Shown here one piece after another: positions 27,106 to 36,373 of a DNA stretch of 64,000 bases. The stretch lies in assembly GCA_965140585.1 (NCBI GenBank), contig OZ223269.1, positions 1,024,001-1,088,000 of the forward strand, given 5' to 3'. The position numbers and the translations under genes are program-made. This DNA comes from Spirochaetia bacterium. GTDB taxonomy: Bacteria; Spirochaetota; Spirochaetia; UBA9216. Numbering within the stretch: the stretch's first letter is position 1; each line of letters opens with the position of its first letter. The notes below the pieces were generated by a model. That model searched no databases and was not told the DNA's origin. It saw only the letters and a list, made by a program, of their open reading frames with translations.

Positions 27106-27657
27106 TTGAAAAAAGAGATTGAAATAAAAGCTCATGTCAGTGATCCCGATACAATCCGGGACAAACTTAAAGAGCTTTACGGAGATCCTGAACATATTTA
27201 TAAAGATGACATCTACTACAAATTCAAATCAAGCGGCAAACTCGTACGCTTACGGGACGAGGGCGGAATTACCGTAATAACAGCGAAAAATAAAACTCTA
27301 TCCGGAAACACAGAAGTAAATGATGAAATTGAGTTTACAGTTTCTGATAACGAAGCCTTTGTTCGCTTTTTGCAGCTTAATGACGCCGAAAGCTATATCA
27401 GAAAAACAAAAAGCGGATTCAAATATCTTTATGGTTCAGGAGACAGACTTATTACAATTGAACTATGTGAGGTTACAGGTCTTGGATGGTTTATAGAAAT
27501 AGAAAAACTTGTTGAAATTGATAGTGCTGATGAGACATCCATCGAAGCAGCACGGAATGATATTTACAAAGTACTTTCTGACAGTGGAATCGATGAAAAT
27601 GCCATTGAAAAACGGTTCTACACAGAAATGCTTTTGGAAAACAGGGAAAGAGGTTGA
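27106..27657 (+). CDS. cyaB: CYTH-family / class IV adenylate cyclase
   Basis: N-terminal ExExK (EIEIK), DIYY, VRLR and GLGWFIEIE. Confidence 0.85.
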   Translation: MKKEIEIKAHVSDPDTIRDKLKELYGDPEHIYKDDIYYKFKSSGKLVRLRDEGGITVITAKNKTLSGNTEVNDEIEFTVSDNEAFVRFLQLNDAESYIRKTKSGFKYLYGSGDRLITIELCEVTGLGWFIEIEKLVEIDSADETSIEAARNDIYKVLSDSGIDENAIEKRFYTEMLLENRERG

Positions 27658-27658
27658 T

Positions 27659-27694
27659 AAAAAAAGACCCGCCTGATTCAACGAATCAGACGGG
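27659..27694 (-). terminator. Rho-independent terminator of the PTS-IIA gene (minus strand)
   Basis: CCCGTCTGATTC-GTT-GAATCAGGCGGG then TCTTTTTTT. The G-U pair forms only on the minus strand. Confidence 0.8.
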
Positions 27695-27785
27695 AAAGGA
27701 GGTTGATTAAAAAAGGAGGTGTTTAGAAAACTGCAGGTTCCTGTACCTGCAGCGTTTCCGGAGAAACGCTGTAAAATAACCTAAG

Positions 27786-28502
27786 TCACTTTACAGATAA
27801 ATTAATATCAGTTTTCTCATATTTTATCAATACCCGAAGCACATCTTCTGCGCTTTCTGATGTTAAAAAGTCGTTAAAATTGCAAAATTTTTTCAAAAAA
27901 TTATTGAGCTTCCCGATTATCCGCAGATGAGCAATTTCACTGTTCGTATAAATCAGAAAAAAGAATTTTACAGGTTCTTCATCGTCATCACCAAAGTTTG
28001 TACCTTCTCTGCATATGCCTATTACTATGGCGGGTTTGCTGCTTATGTTTTCCCTCGGGTTTCTTACATGCGGCATAGCAATACCATGACCAAGGGTAGT
28101 AGGCATCATATTCTCTCTTGCAATCAATTTTTCTACAAAGGAATCAATATCTTTGATGAAACCGGTTTTTAGAAGCGGCCGTGATAACTGTGTCAGAACC
28201 TCTTCTCTGGTTCCCGGTTTTATTTTATGTATAACCAGGTTCTCAGAAACAAGTCTGGAAAGAGGAACGTTATCCATATCTTCAGAAATAAGTTTAGTAA
28301 GTTCATCACTTGATGAAGGATTCATTTTATCAAGTATCCAGGAATCAATAATTCCACGGTCAAAACGCCATTGGCTGGCAATCTTGACGCAGGGAATTTC
28401 ATTTTTTTGAATCATGCGGAGTATGGTTTTTTCGGCTACCTTTAGGTATGTTGCAACCTCTGATAATGTCATCAGATTGCCTGAAAGTGTATAGTTATCC
28501 AT
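27786..28502 (-). CDS. HTH (excisionase/MerR-like) - PTS EIIA fusion protein
   Basis: LMTLSEVATYLKV...IPCVKIASQWRF HTH, and EIIA phospho-His motif GHGIAMPH. Confidence 0.88.
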   Translation of the reverse strand: MDNYTLSGNLMTLSEVATYLKVAEKTILRMIQKNEIPCVKIASQWRFDRGIIDSWILDKMNPSSSDELTKLISEDMDNVPLSRLVSENLVIHKIKPGTREEVLTQLSRPLLKTGFIKDIDSFVEKLIARENMMPTTLGHGIAMPHVRNPRENISSKPAIVIGICREGTNFGDDDEEPVKFFFLIYTNSEIAHLRIIGKLNNFLKKFCNFNDFLTSESAEDVLRVLIKYEKTDINLSVK

Positions 28503-28530
28503 AAAACTTCACCTCTGTCTGTTAATGTCC

Positions 28531-28558
28531 ATTATAGTCCGGCTTGAGGCTTTGTCAA
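28531..28558 (-). promoter_or_regulatory. Near-consensus sigma70 promoter for the PTS-IIA gene, overlapping the galM stop codon
   Basis: TTGACA-16 nt-TATAAT on the minus strand. Confidence 0.65.
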
Positions 28559-29604
28559 GTAATGCTGAATACTACTATTGTCCTATGTGAATATCTATCT
28601 CCCGGATTAAGAATACAGGAAGGGAAATCTGGTTTATTGGGTGCATCAGGATAACCCTGTGTTTCCAGGCAGAGTCCGCCATGCTTCTGGTAAGTTTTAT
28701 CGGGACTTACAAAATCTTTCACAAAATTACCTGTGTAAAACTGAACTCCGGGCTGTGTTGTATAAAACGAAAGCTTCCTGCCTGATTCAATCTCAGACAA
28801 TTCGGCAAAAGGCATTTCAGCTTTCGCATATTCATTTTTTAACACGTAGCAGTGATCATATCCTCCTGCGGCTTCTATTTCGGAACCTACAACTTTTTCG
28901 TTTCTGAAATCAAAGGGGGTAGCCGCAACCGGTTTAATCTCACCGGTTGGAATAAGTTTTTCATCTACCGGAAGGTATTCAGATGCATTTATTTTAAGTT
29001 TATGTTCAAGGATAGTATCGGAAGCTCCGCCGGAAAGGTTCCAATAAACGTGGTTAGTCATATTTACAGGAGTGGCCTTATCTGCTGTTGCCTCATATTC
29101 CATAATCAGTTCATTTTTATCAGTAAGGGTATATACCGAGCTTACTTCAAGGCTGCCTGGAAAACCTTCTTCACCATCGGGACTATGATAGAAGAATTTC
29201 ACGCCTGCCTTTCCATCTTGTTTAAAAGGGAAGATATCCCATACTTTCTGATCAAAGCCTCCGGGACCTCCGTGAAGGCAGTTAGCCCCGTCATTTGAAG
29301 GAAGTTTATAATCTTTGCCGTCAAGAGTGAATGAAGCTCCACCAATCCTGTTGCAGAAACGGCCTACCGTAGCGCCGAAATATCTCGGCGGCTGTTCATA
29401 ATCTGAAAGGGAAGGTTTACATAGTGTTATCTCTGAACTGACCCCTTCCCGATCAGGAGTCTTAACCGAAATCAGGGTAGCCCCCAGACTTATCACGGTG
29501 ATGCTTACACCATTACTGTTTTCAATAGTTACCGAGTCAATTCTTTCCCCGGATGCCGTTATTCCGTAAGTTTTTCCTTCGACCTTCATATTAATTTTCT
29601 CCAA
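28555..29604 (-). CDS. galM: Aldose 1-epimerase (galactose mutarotase)
   Basis: GRFCNRI, LHGG, NMTNHVYWNL, GYDHC and GLCLETQ motifs. Confidence 0.93.
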   Translation of the reverse strand: MEKINMKVEGKTYGITASGERIDSVTIENSNGVSITVISLGATLISVKTPDREGVSSEITLCKPSLSDYEQPPRYFGATVGRFCNRIGGASFTLDGKDYKLPSNDGANCLHGGPGGFDQKVWDIFPFKQDGKAGVKFFYHSPDGEEGFPGSLEVSSVYTLTDKNELIMEYEATADKATPVNMTNHVYWNLSGGASDTILEHKLKINASEYLPVDEKLIPTGEIKPVAATPFDFRNEKVVGSEIEAAGGYDHCYVLKNEYAKAEMPFAELSEIESGRKLSFYTTQPGVQFYTGNFVKDFVSPDKTYQKHGGLCLETQGYPDAPNKPDFPSCILNPGDRYSHRTIVVFSIT

Positions 29605-31330
29605 GAAGTAATTTCAGCTGGCTTATTTCGCTAATAAGCCTGTTTCTGTCCATCTTTGCGAACCTGGATGGAACCATATCCCTGCTTGTGCATTCAAGTA
29701 CAGCTACGAAATTCTGAAGTTCTATTTCATGAGGGTAGGAAGGCGGAATAAAATCTCTTACAGTAGCTTCAATATCAGTATTATTTATGACAACTCTGTT
29801 ATCTAACGAGGCATTGAATTTAGCCCTTATAAGTATTGATTCGAGATCGGCGCCTGAAAGATTCATACCGTTTTTCTTAAGTATTTCAGAAATTAAGAAT
29901 CCTGTAGTCTTGAGCTTTAGTTTTTTAAGCAGAATCTCAAATAATTCATCAACTTCAGATGATGAATCAGGAAAAAACAAGGCTAAATGTTCTTCGGCTC
30001 GTCCCTGGCGCTTTAAATCGATTGGGATCAGATCAGGACGATTGGTAGCAATAAACCAGATTATTTTGCCGCGGTAGGATGTATTACCCATAAAGTCGGC
30101 AAGCCGGGTAAAAAGATTTGTATCGCTGCCTACACGGTCAAGACGGTTTTTCCGTCCAAGCAGGGTATCTGCCTCATCGATAAGGACTCCGACAGGGGAC
30201 ATTGCTTTCAGAATGTTCATAACCTTATCGAAGTTTGAATCAGCAGCACTCGTCCATCCCTGACGGAACTTGACCACCGGAATACCGACTTCACCGGCAA
30301 AGGCTGTGACTATGAAAGTTTTACCGGTTCCCACCGGCCCGGATATTAGGTAGCCCATTGGAAGTACATCAAGCTGGCCTTTTTTTATTGCCTTTGCAGC
30401 ATCGCGCAACCTTTTCTTCACAAAACTGTGACCGGCTACCATGGAGAGATCATAATCAGTATTAATAAATTCCAACAGGCCTGCTGCTTCATTTTCAATT
30501 ATCTCTTTCTTCCGGTCTCTAAGATATTCACTTGTTATGGTACGATCTTCCTGATATGACTCTGCAGCTATCTGATTCAGGTTCATAAGATTCAGTCCGC
30601 TTGTCAGAGATGCTACACGTTCCGGATTGAGCCTGCTTTCGAGCATCAGGTAATCGCGGTTCTTAGCAAACTCTAAAAAAGCCTTGCGGACACTCATATC
30701 GGGAAAGGGAACACTTAGTTTTACTGTATTCGGTGAGCGGACCAGCCTTTCATTCAAATCTGAAAGGTTCTCTGAAAGAAGCATTATAGAAATATCACCC
30801 TGAGTAAAAATTGGATCATGAGCCCAGCGGTTAAGAGTTACCAGACAATACCGGTCTTCATCTGACAACTCGGGTATGGATGCATTTGGAACAATGGTCT
30901 CGGCAAAATCAATAATCAGTACAATGCGGAGCTTTTTTGAAACATTCATTAAAAAGTATTTTTCAAGATAATCAAAGGCCTTGGAAGGTCTGGATGACAG
31001 TAGATCATGCTCGGGAACATCGGGAAAGGTGCTTTTCATGGCTGCCAGATATTCATCCTGCATTTCTTTTGTACAGAAATTAACCCCTGAAGACCTGTCA
31101 TAAAAGACTATTATATCCTGATTACCGAACAGAACCTCAGAAACAAACTCCTGAATTCGCACAAAAACAAACTCGCCCTCATACATCTTGTTGGGAAGAA
31201 AGTCTCTGATGTTTCCGTGAATTATATACAGGTTTGCTGTTTCGGAGCAGTATTTATATGAAAGCTCCTGCGCCCATCCGGGCAGGATTTTAATGAATTC
31301 AAGATTTTTTAATATCAGCTGTTCAGCCAT
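29591..31330 (-). CDS. AAA+ ATPase (N-terminal inactive module plus one active AAA domain)
   Basis: Walker A GPVGTGKT, Walker B LIDEAD, SRH TNRPD..P.DLKRQGR. Confidence 0.88.
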   Translation of the reverse strand: MAEQLILKNLEFIKILPGWAQELSYKYCSETANLYIIHGNIRDFLPNKMYEGEFVFVRIQEFVSEVLFGNQDIIVFYDRSSGVNFCTKEMQDEYLAAMKSTFPDVPEHDLLSSRPSKAFDYLEKYFLMNVSKKLRIVLIIDFAETIVPNASIPELSDEDRYCLVTLNRWAHDPIFTQGDISIMLLSENLSDLNERLVRSPNTVKLSVPFPDMSVRKAFLEFAKNRDYLMLESRLNPERVASLTSGLNLMNLNQIAAESYQEDRTITSEYLRDRKKEIIENEAAGLLEFINTDYDLSMVAGHSFVKKRLRDAAKAIKKGQLDVLPMGYLISGPVGTGKTFIVTAFAGEVGIPVVKFRQGWTSAADSNFDKVMNILKAMSPVGVLIDEADTLLGRKNRLDRVGSDTNLFTRLADFMGNTSYRGKIIWFIATNRPDLIPIDLKRQGRAEEHLALFFPDSSSEVDELFEILLKKLKLKTTGFLISEILKKNGMNLSGADLESILIRAKFNASLDNRVVINNTDIEATVRDFIPPSYPHEIELQNFVAVLECTSRDMVPSRFAKMDRNRLISEISQLKLLLGEN

Positions 31331-31354
31331 GTCCCCTCCCTGAGTACAATCAAT

Positions 31355-31383
31355 ATTATATGCTCAAACGCCCTTTTTGTCAG
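31355..31383 (-). promoter_or_regulatory. Sigma70-like promoter of the AAA ATPase-galM operon
   Basis: CTGACA-17 nt-TATAAT upstream of the GGGAGG RBS. Confidence 0.55.
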
Positions 31384-31446
31384 TAAGATCAGTCCAAACA
31401 TAAAAAAGCTATTGTAATAAGCCGCGTCACAGGTTATTTTAGGTGC

Positions 31447-31893
31447 ATGATTGAGATTTATACAGACGGAGGCTGTTCAGGCAATCCGGGGCCGGGAGGC
31501 TGGGCTTATATTATCAATGCCGGAAACAGCAATACAAAGGCATCGGGCGGTGAACCGCACACTACAAATAACAAGATGGAACTTACAGCTGTCATAAGCG
31601 CACTTGAAAAATGTGCTCAGACTGCTGAACTTAAGGGCGATTCTATCGAACTGCACACAGACTCACAGTATGTTAAAAACGGTATTACAACATGGATTCA
31701 CGGCTGGGTACGAAACGGCTGGAAAACTGCTTCAAAACAGCCTGTAAAAAACAAGGAATACTGGATACGATTGAAGGAACTTGATGATTCCCTCAATGTG
31801 ACCTGGAAATGGGTCAAGGGCCATGCCGGAAATCCGCTTAACGAAGAGTGTGATTCAATGGTTGGCGCAGAGATGGATAAGTACCGAAAGTGA
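31447..31893 (+). CDS. rnhA: Ribonuclease HI
   Basis: YTDGGCSGNPGPGGW, TTNNKMEL, TDSQY and WVKGHAGNPLNEECD motifs. Confidence 0.97.
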   Translation: MIEIYTDGGCSGNPGPGGWAYIINAGNSNTKASGGEPHTTNNKMELTAVISALEKCAQTAELKGDSIELHTDSQYVKNGITTWIHGWVRNGWKTASKQPVKNKEYWIRLKELDDSLNVTWKWVKGHAGNPLNEECDSMVGAEMDKYRK

Positions 31894-31904
31894 TGAGGCA
31901 GATG

Positions 31905-32399
31905 TTAATCTGTCAGGTTAATCAGGCCGAGGATTTTCTTTTCCTCGGCTTTTTTTTCTTCTATTGATACCGATTCAATTCTCAATGCTCCTGTAGGGCA
32001 GGTTGTCACGCAGGGAGCTGGGAAATCCTCATCAGCACACATATCGCATTTATACATCATTCTGTTACGGAATACCGGGGCATTATAGACGCAGGCTTTA
32101 AGACAGGCTCGGCAGCCTATACATTTTTCACTTAAAAGCAGGACCAGACCGTCTGATTCCCGTTTGTACAGGGCCTCTGTCGGACAGACCGGTACGCAGG
32201 CAGGTTCCGTACAGTGCATACAGGATGATGTGACAGTTTCACTTTTTACTTCGGGAAATACTCCGTACCATATATTTTTTACGGTGCGGTATTGAAGTCC
32301 AGATTCCGCAGCTTTCCAGTTTCTGCAGGCTGTCTCACAGGCATTGCACTGAATACAGAGCTCACCGTTAAATATAAAACTTTTTTCAGTTCTACTCAT
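31905..32399 (-). CDS. 4Fe-4S multicluster electron-transfer subunit (DmsB-like)
   Basis: Four Cys clusters: CIQCNAC, CMHC..PAC..VCP, CIGCRAC...C, KCDMC...C...CP. Confidence 0.9.
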   Translation of the reverse strand: MSRTEKSFIFNGELCIQCNACETACRNWKAAESGLQYRTVKNIWYGVFPEVKSETVTSSCMHCTEPACVPVCPTEALYKRESDGLVLLLSEKCIGCRACLKACVYNAPVFRNRMMYKCDMCADEDFPAPCVTTCPTGALRIESVSIEEKKAEEKKILGLINLTD

Positions 32400-34656
32400 A
32401 TCTGCTTACCTCAACAAGGGTCTGACTAGACATTGCCGTAATGAGCGGGTCATATGCTTTTTCGGGATCTACGCTGTAAAGCAGGTTTACATTCGCCCCG
32501 CCGTCAAGAACTGTATTTTCCTTAAGTCCTAGCTCGGGACAGCCCTGCCATGAACCATGCAGCATCATAACCGTATCGGGCCTGATTCCGGGATAGTATT
32601 CAGCCTTTACTTTAATCCATCCATGCGGTGATTCAACCTTTACCCATTCACCGTTTTCAATTTGTCTTTCAGCAGCGGTTTCCGGGTGAATATGAAGCAG
32701 AGGATGGGGCTGCATCTCTCTAAGTATTGGAACATTGCGCTGCCATGAGGCGGTGAACATCTTTGCCGTATGATAATCAGATAGCACAAGCGGATACTTC
32801 GAAGTAAGTTCAGGTGTTCCTGTTATACTCTCTGGCGGCTCACGCCATTCCGGAAGAGGATTGAATCCCTCTTTTTCAAAAGTCGTATTATATAATGCGA
32901 CTTTCCCCTGAGGCAGATAGGGCGGATTTCCGAAGCTGGTACTTTTTGATGCAAAAACTTTTTCGTACTTCTCATATGCCGGTTTTACATCGGGAATTTC
33001 AAAATGTCGGCCTATGGGAAGTTTTCTTAGTTCTGATATACTCATGCCATAAGGTTCAAGCATAAAATTCTGGCATGCATCCATGTCACCATTCCAGAAA
33101 TCATCGCCGTACCCCATAACTTTGCCCAGATCCAGAAAGAATTCGTAGGTCGATTTATAATCACCAAGAGGCTCTACTACAGCGTTTCTGGCCATAAGCA
33201 GATTTCCCCTTGCTTCGAACGGATGATTTGTCTCATACATTGAGGCCGTCGGCAGAACTATATCTGCGTAATCGATATCCGCCGTGCGTGTAACATCTAT
33301 CACCACATAAAAATCCAGTTTTTTGAGAGCTTTTATAACATTCCTTGTACCCCTGGTACTTAATGACGGCTGAGTTCCGGGCGATATTATTGTGCGTATA
33401 GGATAGGGTTTCTCTGTTAAAACACTTTCTATTATCCGGAAATACGCAGATGATGTCCCTTCCAGAAACGGCTGGAATGCCGGAGGGAATTCAGGCCCTA
33501 CCAGTTTGGATACCATTTCAGGGGTATAGCGTTCTGGCATATTGACTGATTTAGGCCTGGGGATTCCCGGAACGGCCCCGGGCGGTCCGCCGCCGAATAT
33601 ATTGCTGCCTTCATGATCCAGATGACCTGTTATTGCCATCATAATTGCAACTGCGCGGATAGCATCATTAGCAGCGGGCATATGCTCAACACCGTTTCCC
33701 ATATCAATCAGGGCTTTCGGGGTGTCTGCGTACAGCCTTGCAACCTCGATTATCTTACCTTTCGGGACACCGCAAATATTCTCACCCCAGGATGGAGTAT
33801 ATTTCTGGACGTGCTCTTTGAGTTCAGTAAAACCATAACACCATTTTTTTACAAACTCTTCATCATAGAGCTTCTCATTTATTATTACATGGAGCATTGA
33901 TAGAGCCAATGCAGCATCTGTACCAGGCCTGAGAGGCATCCAGATATCAGACATTCCCACATCAGGTTCAACAGATGGTTTAACAGCTATTATCTTTGCT
34001 CCACGCTGTTTAGCAGCAATGAAATCTTTTGCGATGGTCATTGCAGGGCCTGAATAAATCGGCTGACGTCCCCATAGAATAATCAGCTCAGTGTTTTTGT
34101 AGTCACAGGCCGGGGAGGCTCCTATTGTGTAGGCATATGAAAAGGCTCTCTGCATGGCGCAGATTCCACTGTGGCCGTAGTTAGGGCTGCCGTGGGAAAT
34201 CAGAAAACGCTGGATAAAGTCACTATATGTTCGTCGTGCAGGCGAAAGGATAGCAAGAGATTCAGGTCCGTAGAGCATTTTCTGTTCTTTAAGCTTTTCG
34301 GCAATAATACCAATGGCTTCATCCCATGTAATCTCAGCGAACTTTCCTTCACCTTTTTTACCTGTCCGTTTAAGCGGAGTTCTCAGCCGCTGGGATGAAT
34401 ACAGCCATTGTGGAGCTGCCTGACCCTTTGGACATAAAGCGCCGCGGTTAACCGGAGACTCTTTCATTCCCGCAGCCCTTGTAAAAATGCCGTCTTTTAT
34501 AAATGCATAGATCCCGCATCCGGCGGTCGGGCCGCACATTGCACAGAAAGTCGGAACTATCCTTTCACCGGTTTTCTCACCAATTGAAAGAGCTTCTTCA
34601 AAACATAATCCACGCTGCCGGCTGATTTTTTCTTCATCATTTTTATTCATGCTCAT
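32392..34656 (-). CDS. Mo/W-bisPGD oxidoreductase catalytic subunit (acetylene hydratase-like subgroup)
   Basis: CAMCGPTAGC...CPKG Fe-S motif, RL..PLKR, RPGTDAAL and ADIVLP, plus a C-terminal molydop-binding domain. No Tat leader seen. Confidence 0.88.
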   Translation of the reverse strand: MSMNKNDEEKISRQRGLCFEEALSIGEKTGERIVPTFCAMCGPTAGCGIYAFIKDGIFTRAAGMKESPVNRGALCPKGQAAPQWLYSSQRLRTPLKRTGKKGEGKFAEITWDEAIGIIAEKLKEQKMLYGPESLAILSPARRTYSDFIQRFLISHGSPNYGHSGICAMQRAFSYAYTIGASPACDYKNTELIILWGRQPIYSGPAMTIAKDFIAAKQRGAKIIAVKPSVEPDVGMSDIWMPLRPGTDAALALSMLHVIINEKLYDEEFVKKWCYGFTELKEHVQKYTPSWGENICGVPKGKIIEVARLYADTPKALIDMGNGVEHMPAANDAIRAVAIMMAITGHLDHEGSNIFGGGPPGAVPGIPRPKSVNMPERYTPEMVSKLVGPEFPPAFQPFLEGTSSAYFRIIESVLTEKPYPIRTIISPGTQPSLSTRGTRNVIKALKKLDFYVVIDVTRTADIDYADIVLPTASMYETNHPFEARGNLLMARNAVVEPLGDYKSTYEFFLDLGKVMGYGDDFWNGDMDACQNFMLEPYGMSISELRKLPIGRHFEIPDVKPAYEKYEKVFASKSTSFGNPPYLPQGKVALYNTTFEKEGFNPLPEWREPPESITGTPELTSKYPLVLSDYHTAKMFTASWQRNVPILREMQPHPLLHIHPETAAERQIENGEWVKVESPHGWIKVKAEYYPGIRPDTVMMLHGSWQGCPELGLKENTVLDGGANVNLLYSVDPEKAYDPLITAMSSQTLVEVSRYE

Positions 34657-34769
34657 AATAATTTCAGTATAATATCATATATCATTTTTTATATGTTTAA
34701 CAAATTGAAAAAGTTATTCTGCAATCAATCAATTTACATAAAATCTGTTTTATATAAACGGAGGGGTTT

Positions 34770-36314
34770 ATGACAATTTGGAGTTTTTCTGCCGATGGCT
34801 ATGACGGGAACCTTGTTCGAATTGAGGTTGATTTGAGACGGGGTATTCCAGGTGTTGATATTATCGGGCTTCCTGACAGTGCAGTACTCGAATCAAGGGA
34901 CAGAATAAGAGCGGCTATACGCAACAGCGGGTATGAATTCCCAAGGGAAAGAGTGCTGATTAACCTGGCTCCCGCAGGATTACGAAAAGAAGGCGCATCG
35001 TTTGATCTGGCCCTTGCTGCAGGAATACTGACAGCATCAGGCGGAATTAAAAATACACCTGATAACGGAATACTGATAATGGGAGAGCTGATGCTCTCAG
35101 GTGAAATTAGACCGGTGAACGGAGTATTGTCTGCCGTCTCAGCTGCGTATAATAAAGGAATAAAAACTATTGTTGTTCCTGATGCTAATATGGCTGAAGG
35201 AGCATCTCTGGAAGGCGGGATTGTGTACGGGATCTCATCCTTGAATAATCTTCAAAAACTATTTTATGACATTGCTGAGGGAAAAAGCACAAAGAAACCG
35301 GAATTACTGGGAGAAAAATACAGGGCAGGCGAAAACCGAATTGTTGATTTTGCCGATATTCGCGGGCTGCCGGTAGTAAAAAGAGCTCTTGAGATAGCCG
35401 CTGCAGGAAGACATAATCTTTTTCTGTTCGGACCTCCGGGGGGAGGAAAAACCATGGCAGCCCGAAGCCTTGCCGGGATTCTTCCGGAATTGAGTAATGA
35501 GGAAGCTATAGAGGTAACCAAGATATATTCTACCGCAGGCCTGCTTCCTGCAGAAGCCGGACTCATGAAGCAGGCACCTTTCCGCGAACCCCACCATTCC
35601 GCCTCAGAGGAAGGCTTAATCGGTGGCGGCCGGGGAATAAAGCCCGGTGAGGTCTCTCTGGCACATCATGGTGTACTGTTTCTTGATGAAACCCCTGAGT
35701 TCCGGAAAAACCTGCTGCAGTCTCTGCGTGAACCCTCAGAAGAAGGACATGTCGATCTTGTACGTGCAGGTAAGGTGATATCTTTCCCAGCTGATTTTCA
35801 GCTTGTAATGGCGGCCAATCCCTGTCCCTGCGGTAACCTTGGAAAGCAGGACGGTATATGTACCTGCAGCAAAAAAGAAGTTATGAATTACTGGAAAAAG
35901 ATAGGCGGTGCGATGATGGACAGAATTGATATCAGAGTACCTGTTGAACCAGTGGATCCTTCTGAGTTAACAGGCCAAAATAAGGAAAACAGCAATGATG
36001 TAATAGATAAAATTGAACGAGCTGTACTTATCCAGAAGAAGCGTTTTTCCGGTGAAAACTATAAGCGCAATGCACGCATTGCCCCCTCTGGAATACGAAC
36101 TTATTGCAGGCTTGAACAGGAGGCGGAAGCGGAATTCCTGAATGCTTCAAGGCTGCTTGGGCTTTCATCAAGAGCCTGTGTTTCGGTATTGAAAACTTCA
36201 CGAACTATAGCAGATCTTGCCGGCAGAGAAGGTCTTGTGACTACCGATGATGTATTTGAGGCTATTCAGCATCGCCGTTACGGTGAACGGGATTTTTTCT
36301 GGGAAAAGGTGTAA
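34770..36314 (+). CDS. comM: YifB/ComM family Mg-chelatase-like AAA ATPase
   Basis: GLPDSAVLESRDRI, NLAPA, GPPGGGKT, PHHS, PGEVSLAHHGVLFLDE and NPCPCG motifs. Confidence 0.93.
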   Translation: MTIWSFSADGYDGNLVRIEVDLRRGIPGVDIIGLPDSAVLESRDRIRAAIRNSGYEFPRERVLINLAPAGLRKEGASFDLALAAGILTASGGIKNTPDNGILIMGELMLSGEIRPVNGVLSAVSAAYNKGIKTIVVPDANMAEGASLEGGIVYGISSLNNLQKLFYDIAEGKSTKKPELLGEKYRAGENRIVDFADIRGLPVVKRALEIAAAGRHNLFLFGPPGGGKTMAARSLAGILPELSNEEAIEVTKIYSTAGLLPAEAGLMKQAPFREPHHSASEEGLIGGGRGIKPGEVSLAHHGVLFLDETPEFRKNLLQSLREPSEEGHVDLVRAGKVISFPADFQLVMAANPCPCGNLGKQDGICTCSKKEVMNYWKKIGGAMMDRIDIRVPVEPVDPSELTGQNKENSNDVIDKIERAVLIQKKRFSGENYKRNARIAPSGIRTYCRLEQEAEAEFLNASRLLGLSSRACVSVLKTSRTIADLAGREGLVTTDDVFEAIQHRRYGERDFFWEKV

Positions 36315-36349
36315 AAAAATACCCCGTCCAGAATCAGATGGACGGGGTA
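36313..36349 (-). terminator. Terminator of the enoyl-CoA hydratase-like gene (possibly bidirectional with comM)
   Basis: TACCCCGTCCA/TGGACGGGGTA 11-bp stem with a U-tract on the minus strand. Confidence 0.8.
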
Positions 36350-36373
36350 AAGGAGTAAGCCTTCGGCTTACTA

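Noticed and set aside
27644-27720. Mini CRISPR array (repeat-spacer-repeat)
   Set aside because: There are only two imperfect copies, the intervening sequence is a terminator hairpin, and there are no cas genes.
27786-28502. Excisionase suggesting a prophage
   Set aside because: The HTH is fused to PTS EIIA, a common chromosomal regulator architecture, and no phage genes are nearby.
34770-36314. comM disrupted by a mobile element (a known hotspot)
   Set aside because: The ORF is full-length and intact.
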